A stretch of DNA of 64,000 nucleotides from the human T2T-CHM13v2.0 reference genome, Homo sapiens, in the NCBI RefSeq assembly GCF_009914755.1, contig NC_060935.1. The stretch is one strand, 5' to 3'. A model generated the notes under the pieces. The model did no database searches, had not been told where the DNA came from, and saw only the letters and a program-made list of their open reading frames with translations. Of this stretch, positions 1 through 12,930 are shown in pieces. Every line of letters begins with the position of its first letter. Position 1 is the stretch's first letter. The position numbers and the translations under genes were made by a program.

Positions 1-3000
1 TACAGTGGGTCCAGTGGGTCCCCGGACTCATCCTGTGGTCATTTCCCCAGTGCCAGCATGCATAATTGGCATAGACATACTTAGCAGCTGGCAGTACCCC
101 CACATTGACTCCCTGACTGGTAGGGTAAGGGCTATTATGGTGGTAAAGGCCAAATGGAAGCCCTTAGAGCTGCCTCTACCTAGAAAAATAGTAAATAAAA
201 AACAATATCACATCCCTGGAGGGATTGTGGAGATTAGTGCCACCATCAAGGATTTGAAAGATGCAGGGGTGGTGATTCCCACCACATCCCCATTCAACTC
301 TCCCATTTGGCCTGTGCAGAAGACAGACGGATCTTGGAGAATGACAGTGGGTTATCGTAAACTTAACCAAGTGGTGACTCCAGTTGCAGCTGCTATACCA
401 GATGTGGTTTCATTGCTTGAGCAAATTAACACATCTCCTGGTACCTGGGATGCAGCTACTGACTTGGCAAACCCCTTTTTCTCTATTCCTGTCCATAAGG
501 CCCACCAGAAGCAATTTGCCTTCAACTGGCAAGGCCAGCAATATACCTTCACTGTCCTACCTCAGGGGTATATCAACTCTTTGGCTTTGTGTCATAACCT
601 TATTCGGAGAGACCTCGATCACTTTTTACTTCTGCAAGATATCACACTGGTCCATTACATTAATGACATTATGCTAATTGGGTCCAGTGAGCAAGAGGTA
701 GCAAACACACTGGACTTATTGGTGAGACATTTGCATGCCAGAGGATGGGAAATAAATCCGACTAAAATTCAGGGACTTTCTACCTCAGTAAAATTTCTAG
801 GGTTCCAGTGGAGTAGGGCCTGTTGAGATATTCCTTCTAAGATAAAGGATAAGTTGCTGCATTTGGCCCCTCCTACAACCAAGAAAGAGGCACAATGCCT
901 AGTAGGCTTATTTCGATTTTGGCGGCAACACATTTCTCATTTGGGTGTGTTACTCTGGCCCTTTATCAAATGACCCAAAAGGCTACCAGTTTTGAGTGGA
1001 GTCCAGAACAGGAGAAGGCTCTGCAACAGGTCCAGGCTGTGGTGCAAGCTGCTCTGACACTTGGGCCATATGACCCAGCAGATCCAATGGTGCTTGAGGT
1101 GTCAGTGGCAGATTGGGGTGTTGTTTGGAGCCTTTGGCAGGCTCACATAGGTGAACCACAGTGGATGCCTCTAGGATTTTAGAGCAAGGCCCTGCCATCT
1201 TCTACAGATAACTACTCTCCTTTTGAGAGACAGCTCTTGGCCTGTTACTGGGCTTTGATGGAAACTGAAACTTTGACTATGGGTCATCAAGTCACTGTGT
1301 GATGTGAACTGCCTATCATGAACTGGGTGCTTTCTGACCCATCTAGCCATAAAGTGGGTCGTGCACAGCAGCATTCCATCATCAAATGGAAGTGGTATAT
1401 ACATAATCTAGCTCAAGCAGGTCCTGAAGACACAAGTAAGTTACATGAGGAAGTTGCTTAAATGCCCATGGTCTCCACTCCTGTCACCCTGCCTTCTCTC
1501 CCCAAGCCTGAACTGATGGCCTCATGGGGAGTTCCCTATGGTCAGTTGACAGAGGAAGAAAAGACTAGGGCCTGGCTCACAGATGGTTCTGCGCGATATG
1601 CAGGCCCCACCCAAAAGTGGACAGCTGCAACACTGCGGCCCTTTTCTAGGACATCCCTGAAGGACAGCAGTGAAGGGAGACCTTCCCAGTGGGCAGAACT
1701 TTGAGCAGCACACCTGGTTCCACACTTTGCATGGAAGGAGAAATAGCCAGATGTGCGATTATATACTGATTCATGGGCTGTAGCCAATGGTTTGGCTGGA
1801 TTGTCAGGGACTTGGAAGAAGCATGATTGGAAAATTGATGACAAAGAAATTTCAGGAAGAGGTATGCAGATGGACCTCTCTGAGTGGTCAAAAACTGTGA
1901 AGATATTTGTATCCCATGTGCATGCTCAGCAACAAGTGACCTCAGTGGAAGAGGATTTTAATAATCAAGTGGATGGGATGACCCATTCTGTGGACACCAC
2001 TCAGCCTCTTTTCCCAGCCACCCCTGTCATAGCCCAATGGGCCCATGAACAAAGTGGCCATGGTGGCAGGGCTGGAGGTTACGCATGGGCTCAGCAACAC
2101 GGACTTCCACTCACCAAGGCTGACCTGCCTGGCTATGGCCACTGCTGAGTGTCCAATTTGCCAGCAGCAGAGACCAACACTGAGCCCTCGATATGGCACC
2201 ATTCCTTGGGGTGATCAGCCAGCTACCTGGTGGCAGGTTTGATTATATTGGACCTCTTCCATCATGGAAAAGGCAGAGGTTTGTCCTCACTGGAATAGAC
2301 ACTTACTCTGGATATGGGTTTGCCTATCCTGAATGCAGTGCTTCTGCCAAGACTACCATCCATGGACTCACGGAATGCCCTATCCACCATCATGGTATTC
2401 CACACAGCATTGCCTCTGACCAAGGCACTCACTTTATGACTAAAGAAATACAGCAGTGGGCTCATGCTCATGGAATTCACTGGTTTTACCATGTTCCCTT
2501 TCATCTTGAAGCAGCTGGATTGATGGAATGGTGGAGTGGACTTTTGAAGTCACAATTACAGCACCAACTAGGTGACAGTACTTTGCAGGGCTGGGGCAAA
2601 GGTCTCCAGAAGACCATGTATGCTCTGAATCAGCATCCAATATATGGTACTGTTTCTCCTGTAGCCAGGATTCACGGGTCCAGGAATCAAGGGGTGGAAG
2701 TGGAAATGGCACCACTTACCATCAGCCCTAGTGATCCCACTAGCAAAATTTTTGCTCCCTGTTCCCATGACATTACGTTCTGCTGGCCTAGAGGTCTTAG
2801 TTCCAGAGAGAGGAATGCTGTCACTAGGAGACACAACAATGATTTCATTAAACTGGAAGTTAAGCTTGCCACCTGGACACTTTGGGCTCCTCGTACCTTT
2901 AAGTCAACAGGCTAAGAAGGAAGTTAGTGTTGTTGGCTGGGGTGATTGACCCAGATAATCAAGATGAAATCAGTCTACTATTCCACAACGGAGATAAGGA

Positions 3001-3283
3001 AGAGTATGCATGGCACACAGAAGATCCATTAGGGCCTCTCTTAGTATTACCATGCCCTGTGATTAAGGTCAATGGGAAACTACAACAGCCCAATCCAGAC
3101 AGGACTACAAATGACCCAGGCCCTTCAGGAATGAAGGTTTGGGTCACTCCACCAGGAAAAAAAAAAACACAACCTGCTGAGGTGCTCGCTGAAGGCAAAG
3201 GGAATACAGAATGGGTAGTAGAAGAAGGTAGTCATCAATACCAGTTACGACCACATGACCAGCTGCAGAAACGAGGACTGTAA
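1..3283 (+). pseudogene. HERV-L (class III ERV) internal region: disrupted protease/RT-RNaseH-integrase-dUTPase
   Basis: RT motifs appear in ORF 5-826 ([32 protein letters not shown] in place of YxDD). RNase H-like stretches are TDGSA and YTDSW. The integrase shows an HHCC finger (WAHEQSGH...CPIC) and core (DYIGP, DTYSG, SDQGTHF). A dUTPase-like LPPGHFGLL/GVIDPD follows the integrase, as is typical of ERV-L. There are multiple stops and frameshifts and no env. Confidence 0.93.
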
Positions 3284-3596
3284 TTGTTATCAGTATTTCC
3301 TCCTTCTTTTGTTAAAAACATGTTTGTGCATGTATACACTTGTACTAAGAAAATATCTTCATTTTATTTCCTTTTCCTTCATCATGTGACATAAGATTTA
3401 TTGACTTAATCATATCAGCATTTAAATATTGTTAACTTATGTAATAGTATTTGGGTTGGGGATTGGCGCGTTTCTGGTTGTATGAAGGATAGCTGTATTA
3501 TGTCAGGTGTAATTATGACTTCGTTATTGTCTTTATTTGGAGATTATGTATGACCTCAGAAGATGTGTATGCATTCAAGTTGATAAGGGGTGAACT

Positions 3597-5108
3597 TGTG
3601 ACGGTTAATACTGAGTGTCAACTTGATTGGATTGAAGGATGTGATATTGATCCTGGGTGTGTCTGTGAGCGTGTTGCCAAAGGAGATTAACATTTGAGTC
3701 AGTGAGCTGTTGAAGGCAGACTCACACTTAATCAGATGGGCACCATCTAAGCAGCCTCCATAGAATATAAAGCAGGCAAAAAAACGTGAAGCGATGACAC
3801 TGGTCTAGTCTCCCAGCCTGCATCTTTCTCCCATGCTGGATGCTTCCTGCCCTTTAACATTGGACTCCAAGTTCTTCAGTTTTGGGACTTGGACTGCCTC
3901 TACTTGCTCCTCAGCTTGTAGATGGCCTATTGCATGACCTTGTGATTGGGTAAGTTAATACTTAATAAACTCCCCTTTATATATTATATATATAATATAT
4001 TTATATATAATATATTATATTATATATTTATATATAATAATATATTATATATTTATATATAATATATATATTATATATTTATATATAATATATATATTAT
4101 ATATTTATATATAATATATATATTATATATTTATATATAATATATATATTATATATTTATATATAATATATATATTATATATTTATATATAATATATATA
4201 TTATATATTTATATATAATATATATATTATATATTTATATATAATATATATATTATATATTTATATATAATATATATATTATATATTTATATATAATATA
4301 TATATTATATATTTATATATAATATATATATTATATATTTATATATAATATATATATTATATATAAATATATAATATATATATTATATATTTATATTAAT
4401 ATATATATTATATATATTAATATAAATATATATATTATATATTTATATATAATATATATATTTATATATATATAATATATATATTATATATTTATATATA
4501 ATATATATATTATATATAAATATAAATATATATATTATATATATATATAATATATATATTATATATTTATATATAATATATATATTATATATAAATATAA
4601 ATATATATATTATATATTTATATTATATATATATTATATATATAATATAAATATATATATTATATATTTATATATAATATACATATTATATTAATATATA
4701 TAATATATGTTATATATTATATAAATATATATATTATATATATTTATATAATATATAACATATAATATATATTATATATTATATAAATATATATAATATA
4801 TATTATATATTATATAAATATATATAATATATAATATATATTATATAAATATATATAATATATATTATATATAACATAAATATATATATTTATAGTATAT
4901 ATAATATATATAATATATAATATATATTATATATATTATATAGGATTGATATATGATATATAATATATAATACATATAATATATAATATATATATAATAT
5001 ATATACACACAATATATAATATATATATAATATATATACACACACACACACCTCTGTCTATATATATACTATTAGTTCTGTCCCTCTAAGAGAAGCCTAA
5101 CTAATATA
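3597..5108 (+). mobile_element. 3' LTR of HERV-L (MLT2A-type), interrupted by AT expansion
   Basis: The PPT-like aaggggtgaac is followed by TGTGAcGGTTAATACTGAGTGTCAACTTGATTGGATTG. AATAAA lies at ~3964, and the element ends attagttctgtccctct...ctaatata, matching the recalled MLT2A termini. Confidence 0.88.
3978..5052. repeat. AT-rich minisatellite (26-bp unit tatatatattatatatttatatataa) degenerating to (TA)n/(CA)n
   Basis: About 1.07 kb is almost exclusively A/T, with near-perfect 26-bp periodicity over ~4040-4350. Confidence 0.97.
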
Positions 5109-5650
<542 letters not shown>

Positions 5651-6131
5651 CAGCAACAATAACAGTAGTAGTAGCAGCAACAGTAATAACAGCAGTGGTG
5701 GTGGTTAGAACTGTAGCAGGAGCAGCAGCAACAATATTTCTTAGAGGGCATCATTTCCTCTTGGGATTCTGACCTGACAGTCCATGGACTGAGAGTCATT
5801 CCATGGGTGGGAATAGTGATGGCAAAGCTACTGTTGTTGGTAATGAAGATGCTGATAATAATTGTGATGACGATGATGAAGATGGCAGTGATGATGTCGA
5901 TGATGTCATTCATGATGACTTTGGTTAATGCAGTGATGATGGGGATGATGATGATGATGGTGATGATGACAAACACAATAGAGATGGTCTTGGTGATTGT
6001 GAAGGTGGTGATAGTGGATTGTAATGGTAGTGGTGAGAATGATGATGGTGTTGGTGGTGACGCTGATGACATTGATGGTGACATTGATGATGGTGACAAT
6101 GGTGGTGGTGGTGGTGATAGTGATGATGCTG
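5651..6131. repeat. Degenerate trinucleotide low-complexity region (CAG/TAG/CAA, then GAT/GGT)
   Basis: Visible (cag/tag)n at 5651-5731 and (gat/ggt)n at ~5815-6131. Confidence 0.9.
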
Positions 6132-6344
6132 CCAAAGTTAACTTCTGTCTTATGTTAATATTTAGTTTGGTGGGCCCAGCTGAGAATGCAGTTGAAATCC
6201 TGTCTCCTGTCTTTGTTGCTCGTTCTCCTCAATATTTGGCTGCTACCTTGAGGTCTAATATGGCTGCTTCAACTCTAACCATCACATCTCCATTCTAGCC
6301 AGTGGGAATTCAGAGAAGACAGGGAGGGGGGGAGCAAAAGGCAG

Positions 6345-6532
6345 CCTCTTGTTCTTTTTTTTTTTTTTTCATTCTAGCTATATTTTCATGGGTTTTGTGT
6401 GTGTTTTTTTTAAATTTTTTATTTCCATAGGTTTGGGGGGAACAAGTGGTATTTGTAACTTACATGAGTAAGTTATTTAGTGATGACTTGTGAGAGTTTG
6501 ATGAACCCATCACCTGAACCTCTTGTCCTTTT
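6345..6532 (-). mobile_element. Heavily 5'-truncated L1 (L1PB-like 3' end) with TSD
   Basis: Poly-T and atttccataggtttggggggaacaagtggtatttg...cccatcacctga resemble an antisense L1PB 3'UTR. The insert is flanked by cctcttgttcttt and cctcttgtccttt. Confidence 0.7.
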
Positions 6533-6990
6533 AAGGGCATAACCTGGAAATTATTGAAATAGAGCTCAGATAAAACTTTCTTTTAAATACTGCAGTCATG
6601 GATAAAGTTTATCATATGGCCCAGTGACCTGATACCTAAGGACCCCAGCAAGCAAATTCCTCTTAGACCCAGGATAAAGGTGAGCTCTCCTGGTGAACTA
6701 GAACGTTTTCTTTTTTCTAGCTCTTTCTTCATTTCTTCTTCCTTCACTGCCAGCAAAGTGCTTGGGCTCCAGAAACAGCCTGCAGGCTTCCTGACTGGGC
6801 TGGTGATAAAAGGGCCACACTGGGATCTGGGACTGGCACCATAGACTTGGGGCCCTAATAAGGGATAGGAAAGGCTTCTAGCAGAATGGAAGGGAGAGAT
6901 CTTGGCAGATAGCAAATGTTGGGTCTGCTTCTTAAAACACATTCCTAGTGGGCCAATATTAACATGTGATGTCACTGTTTGAAATACTAG

Positions 6991-7367
6991 TGCTATGGTT
7001 TGGACGTGCATCCCCTGTAAGATTCATGTTGAAACTTAATCCCCACTGTGGTGGTAGTAAGAGGTAGTAATCACTTCTTTTTGAAAAGTGACTAAATCAT
7101 GAGGGCTCCATCCTCATGCATGGATTAGTACCTTATAAAAGGACTGGAGGGAACCAGCTTAGCCCTTCTTGCACTTCCATCCCTTCTGCCATGTGAGGGC
7201 ACCTAAATGGCACCATCTATGAGGAGCAGGTCTTTGCCAGACACTGAATCCACCAGGGCTTGGTTTTGGACTTCCCAGCCTCTAGAACCATGAGAAATCT
7301 ATTTATATTATTTAGAAATTATGCAGTCCCAGGTATTTTGCTATAGCAGTACAAGTGGACTAAGTCA
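6991..7367 (+). mobile_element. MaLR LTR (MLT1A/MST-like)
   Basis: It starts tgctatggtttgg...gttgaaacttaatcccc, contains ggacttcccagcctctagaac and ends ggactaagtca. Confidence 0.8.
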
Positions 7368-7479
7368 CCTCGTTAAGACAATGGAACAAGGAATCACAAA
7401 GACATTTTCTAACTTTGGCTCTAGCACAAACTGTTTTACAGCCTTAGGTAATCCTCTGATTCTGACTTTTCTCTTTTTT

Positions 7480-7682
7480 CCTCACGTGGTGGAGAGAGAG
7501 GAAGAGCTCCAGTGTCTTTTCTTATGAACACACGAATCCTATCAGATCAGGTCCCCATCTTTACCACCTCACTTAACATTAGTTCCTTCCTTAGAGGCCC
7601 CATCTCCAAAAACAGCCACACTAAAGGTTAGAGTTTTAATATGTGAATATTAGAGGGGACATAAGCATTTAGGACATAATAC
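7480..7682 (-). mobile_element. MaLR LTR fragment (MLT1-like)
   Basis: ggccccatctccaaaaacagccacact...gaggggacataagcatt resembles an antisense MLT1 5' end. Confidence 0.6.
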
Positions 7683-8145
7683 TAACCTATCCAAACATCC
7701 CAATCGATTTATCCAATATCATACAAACATACACAGTATTACAATCCACTGAGGACTTCTGCATAATAGAGAGCATCTGAAACACCAATCGCCTAATTAC
7801 CCAACCCTCAATGGAGTCATTAGTGGGTTTGTGTGTCTGCCGGCTTAGGAACTCTTTGGTGGATGATGGTTTTTTGTCTACCACTTAATCTGTTTCTCTA
7901 GGTTTTTAGAAAACACCTGTTGTGCTCAGGAAATGTGGTGGTGTATTCCAGAACCAACAACACTTTTATAACCATTCTTTACTTTCTTATTCATGAAAAA
8001 AATATGCACAGTATGCAGAGTCACACAAGGGCCAAATGGAGGCTCACGAGTGCATTTCTTTCATTGCTGAATATTTCTATGAGTGCTTAAATTTCCCAGG
8101 TCTCCTGGCTCATCTGCTTCCTCCACAGGCTCTTCCTCTTTCTTA

Positions 8146-8490
<345 letters not shown>

Positions 8491-8674
8491 GAGAATGAGC
8501 CTATAGTGGTGGTTACACACTACACCGTGAACATTGGATGCAGACCTCCCGGAAGAACTACTGAGATACAACTTAGAGTCACGTGTCTTCTTGCAGTATC
8601 CACCCACAGCCCAAATGGTCTAGCCTCCATTTTTGTGTGAAATCATTAGAGCAGGCTTTCTGTTCATGAGTCAG

Positions 8675-9034
8675 TGCTATGGTCTGAATGTTTGTGTCTC
8701 CTGAAATTCATATGTTGAAACCTACTCCCCAGTGCAATGGTATTAAGAGATAGGGCTTTTGGGAGATAATTTGGTCATGAAGGTTTCACCTCTGTGCATG
8801 GGAGCAGCACCCTTTTAAAAGAGGCCCAAGGAGCTTGTTAGCCCTTTCAGTCATGTGAGGATGTAGCTAGAAGGTGCCATCTTGGAAGCAAAGAGTGGGC
8901 CCTCACCAGATGCCAATCTGCTGGTACCTCAGTCTTGGACTTCCCACACTCCAGAACCATGAGAAATAAATTTCTACTGTTAATAAATTGCCCAGTCTAA
9001 AGTATTTTGTTACAGCTACTTGAACACACTAAAA
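8675..9034 (+). mobile_element. MaLR LTR (MLT1A-like)
   Basis: It starts tgctatggtctgaatgtttgtgtc and contains ggacttccc...gagaaataaatttct. Confidence 0.8.
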
Positions 9035-9419
9035 GTAAATTTTGGGTAAATATTTTTTCAAATCATGATGGCAAATATGTACATATTTTTATTTACATAT
9101 AAGTTATATATAATATGTTATAAATATTATATATAATAGGTATCCAAATATATATTCAAGAGGGCAAAGGCATTGACTGCTATATCCTCAGTGCTAGAAT
9201 ATCATCCAGGACACAGGAGGCACTCAATAAATAATTTGTGAAATGCAGAAGTGAAATACAGTTGAATGAGAGCTACTATGAAGCATGATTTGTGGCATTC
9301 AGTGTCTTTGTAACTGATGTACCTGGTAGCTCTGCTCCCCAGAATCCAGCTATCAGTGCTAGAGGAACTGGTATGGGTTTTCCTTTTCTCCAATGAGTCC
9401 CTTCCCATCCCTGTAAGAT

Positions 9420-9810
9420 TAGACAGCCCCGCCCATTGTCATGTGACTGGCAACAACTCCCTCTGGGAGGACACTTCTCTGCCCATGATATGGAGCTCAG
9501 CTTCATAACTTGCCTTAACAAATGGCATGTAGGCAGAATGACAGATACCACATCTAAGCAGGAGCTTTGAGAGCCACCAAGCGGCTTGACCACTGCTTCT
9601 TCTTTTCTGTCCCATGAGAAGACCCTAAATAGGGACGGATTTTCCATCTTGGATCTGGGAATAACAAAGACACATGAAGCAGAGTCTCACGTGACCCACA
9701 GCAATCTTTAGCGGCCATGTAACATAAGTGGGGAATAGGGCCTTTGTTGATATAAATCAATGAGATTTGGGGAGTTCTTTGTTACTGCAGTATAACCTCA
9801 CAGAAGCTGT
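9420..9810 (+). mobile_element. Old MaLR LTR (MLT1J/K-like)
   Basis: The 3' end gagatttggggagttctttgttactgcagtataacct is recognisable but diverged. Confidence 0.45.
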
Positions 9811-10189
9811 GACTCTCCAGCCAACCCCAGCCCCATGCTCAACAATTCAGGGGACTTTGCAAGAGCCATTAAATAAAATTTTTCTGCAAAAACAACTAGA
9901 TTTCACTTGCCATGCTTATAACTAATACCTACTGTGGTTAATGTTATTTCATCATGATTATTAAATGCGGTGACTTTAGGCCAGCTGTCTCATTGGCTTG
10001 TAAATCCCACGCCTCAAAAGTGTCCTTATCTGAGCTGGGTGGGTGTCTGCAGTTGAAACTTGGCGTAGAGACCTAATTCCATGTCTGCCCTCACCTGGCC
10101 CTGCAGCCAGGGGGATTAAACTGAGACCATGAGGAATGGGGCAGCCCCTATTCCCCTGCCTCCAAGTCTTTCATCTCCAAGCCCCCAAC

Positions 10190-10812
<623 letters not shown>

Positions 10813-10837
10813 TAATTGGCTGCACTGAGCGCTGTGG

Positions 10838-10856
10838 TGGACACCAGAGGGCGATA
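10838..10856 (+). promoter_or_regulatory. Candidate CTCF site
   Basis: tggacaccagagggcgata has 2 mismatches to the consensus TGGCCACCAGRGGGCGCTA. Confidence 0.5.
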
Positions 10857-11741
10857 AATGCTCATTTTGGAGAAAAGAGTGATGAGGTTTTTGGTTTTAT
10901 TTATTTTTTTCTCCTCTTTCTCTTCATTTCTGTTGGTAAAAGGAATGACTTGGACACAACTAACTAGTGCATCTCATAGCCCTAAAGTAGCAAATATTGT
11001 ATGTGCATTGCCTGCAGCGTAAGCAGTGAGGAAACAAACCCAGAGAGGTGAAGGTCACATGTGCCCAAAGTCACATGTTGGAAAGTTACCAGAGCAAGGA
11101 CTTGAGCTAAACCATGTCTCACAGAGGAGGGCAGTGCAAACATGGCAGTTTTCACAGGGATCATCCTGGAAAGTGGTGTCCCTGTCTTCCCGCTAAGGTC
11201 TGTGTGGCCCTGCCAGCTACTCAGAATGCTCTCAATATGAACATGAATTCAGCCAGTATTGCTCCCCGGATTGCAAACTCAGTTCCCCATGGGAACCAGG
11301 CAGGTCACAAAAATGAGGGAAGCAGGCTAGATGAGCCATAGGCACAGTGGGGACTGTAGCCAGCTGGAGGTCATATGTCGCAAATAAAGAGGTCAGCCAC
11401 AACTCAGGTCCATCCGCTGTGGCCCCGTTGGAAGGCACAGCAGGAGGCTCAGATGTCCCTATCCCTATACATCTAAAAATCAACATAAAATTCCCCAATT
11501 TTTAAATGCTGGCCACAAATTCAAAACTTTTTCAACTCAACTAAGCCTTGGCCTTCTCAACTGTATAAGGGAGAGAACGTCTACACCATCAGCTTCTTGG
11601 GCCACAGGTGTGTTCTTTTAGATCTCAGGCCTGATTCAGGGAAAGATCTCCCCACTGATATAGTGCAGCTCCACCGAAGAACAGCTGTGAGAGTTCCCCT
11701 TTCTGCAGCACCTCCTCATCCATCTCAGGGGCTTATGAGTG

Positions 11742-12375
11742 CAGGCATACATTGCTTTTTATTACGCTTTACAGATAACGTGTTTTTTACAAATTGAAGG
11801 TTTGTGGCAACTGAACTGAGCAAATTTGTCCGTGCCATTTTTCCAACAGTATGCACTCACTTTTTGTCAGAATTTTGGATCAATTTTTTTTTTTTTTGAG
11901 ACTGAATCTCTCGCCCTGTTTCCCAGAGTGCAGTGGTGTGATCTCGGTTCACTGCAACCTCTATCTCCTGGGTTCAACCAATTCTCGTGCCTCAGCCTCC
12001 TGAGTAGTTGGGATTACAGGCGCCCGCCACCATACCCAGCTAATTTTTGTATTTTTAGTAGAGACAGAGTTTCATCATGTTGGCCAGGCTAGTCTCATAC
12101 TCCACACCTCAGGTAATCCATCCACCTCGGCCTCCCAAAGTGCTGGGATTACAGGCATGAGCCTCCACACCTGGCCAGGATCAACAGTTTTTAAGTAAGG
12201 TATGCACATTTTTTAGACATGCTATTGCATACTTAATAGACTATGGTGGAGGGTAAACATAACTTTTACATGCATTAGGAAACCAAAAAAATTTGTGTGT
12301 CTCACTTTATTGCAATATTCGCTTCAGTGTGGTGGTTGGGAAAGGAACCTGCAACAGCTCCAAGGTGTGCTTCTA
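11742..12375 (+). mobile_element. Internally deleted Tigger1, split by Alu
   Basis: The 5' end caggcatac...ttacaaattgaaggtttgtggcaac and the 3' end aaaccaaaaaaatttgtgtg...ctttattgcaatattcgc are both recognisable. Confidence 0.8.
11884..12176 (-). mobile_element. Alu inside Tigger1
   Basis: Antisense Alu with short TSD ggatcaa. Confidence 0.94.
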
Positions 12376-12561
12376 TCTGGAGACTGAAAAAGCGCTGCCC
12401 AGAGTAGTCCCCTTTCTTCTGCTTTGCTCTTCCAAAAATCCCTCCCTAAAGGCGTGGCCGATGGTCTCCAATGTGATCCGCTGGGGTTCAAGGAGAAAAT
12501 AATAGGACTGCTTTCTGTTTATTTTATAGATATATATATATAATATTTTAAATAATTATCA

Positions 12562-12930
<369 letters not shown>

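Noticed and set aside
2193-2915. 240-aa integrase-core ORF as a domesticated gene
   Set aside because: It is separated from its HHCC domain by frameshifts and runs out of frame at the C-terminus, consistent with a decayed provirus.
4040-4350. Regular 26-bp repeats as a CRISPR-like array
   Set aside because: The units are head-to-tail with no unique spacers, in human DNA, so this is a minisatellite.
4865-5047. Ile/Tyr-rich ORF
   Set aside because: It is a translation of the TA repeat.
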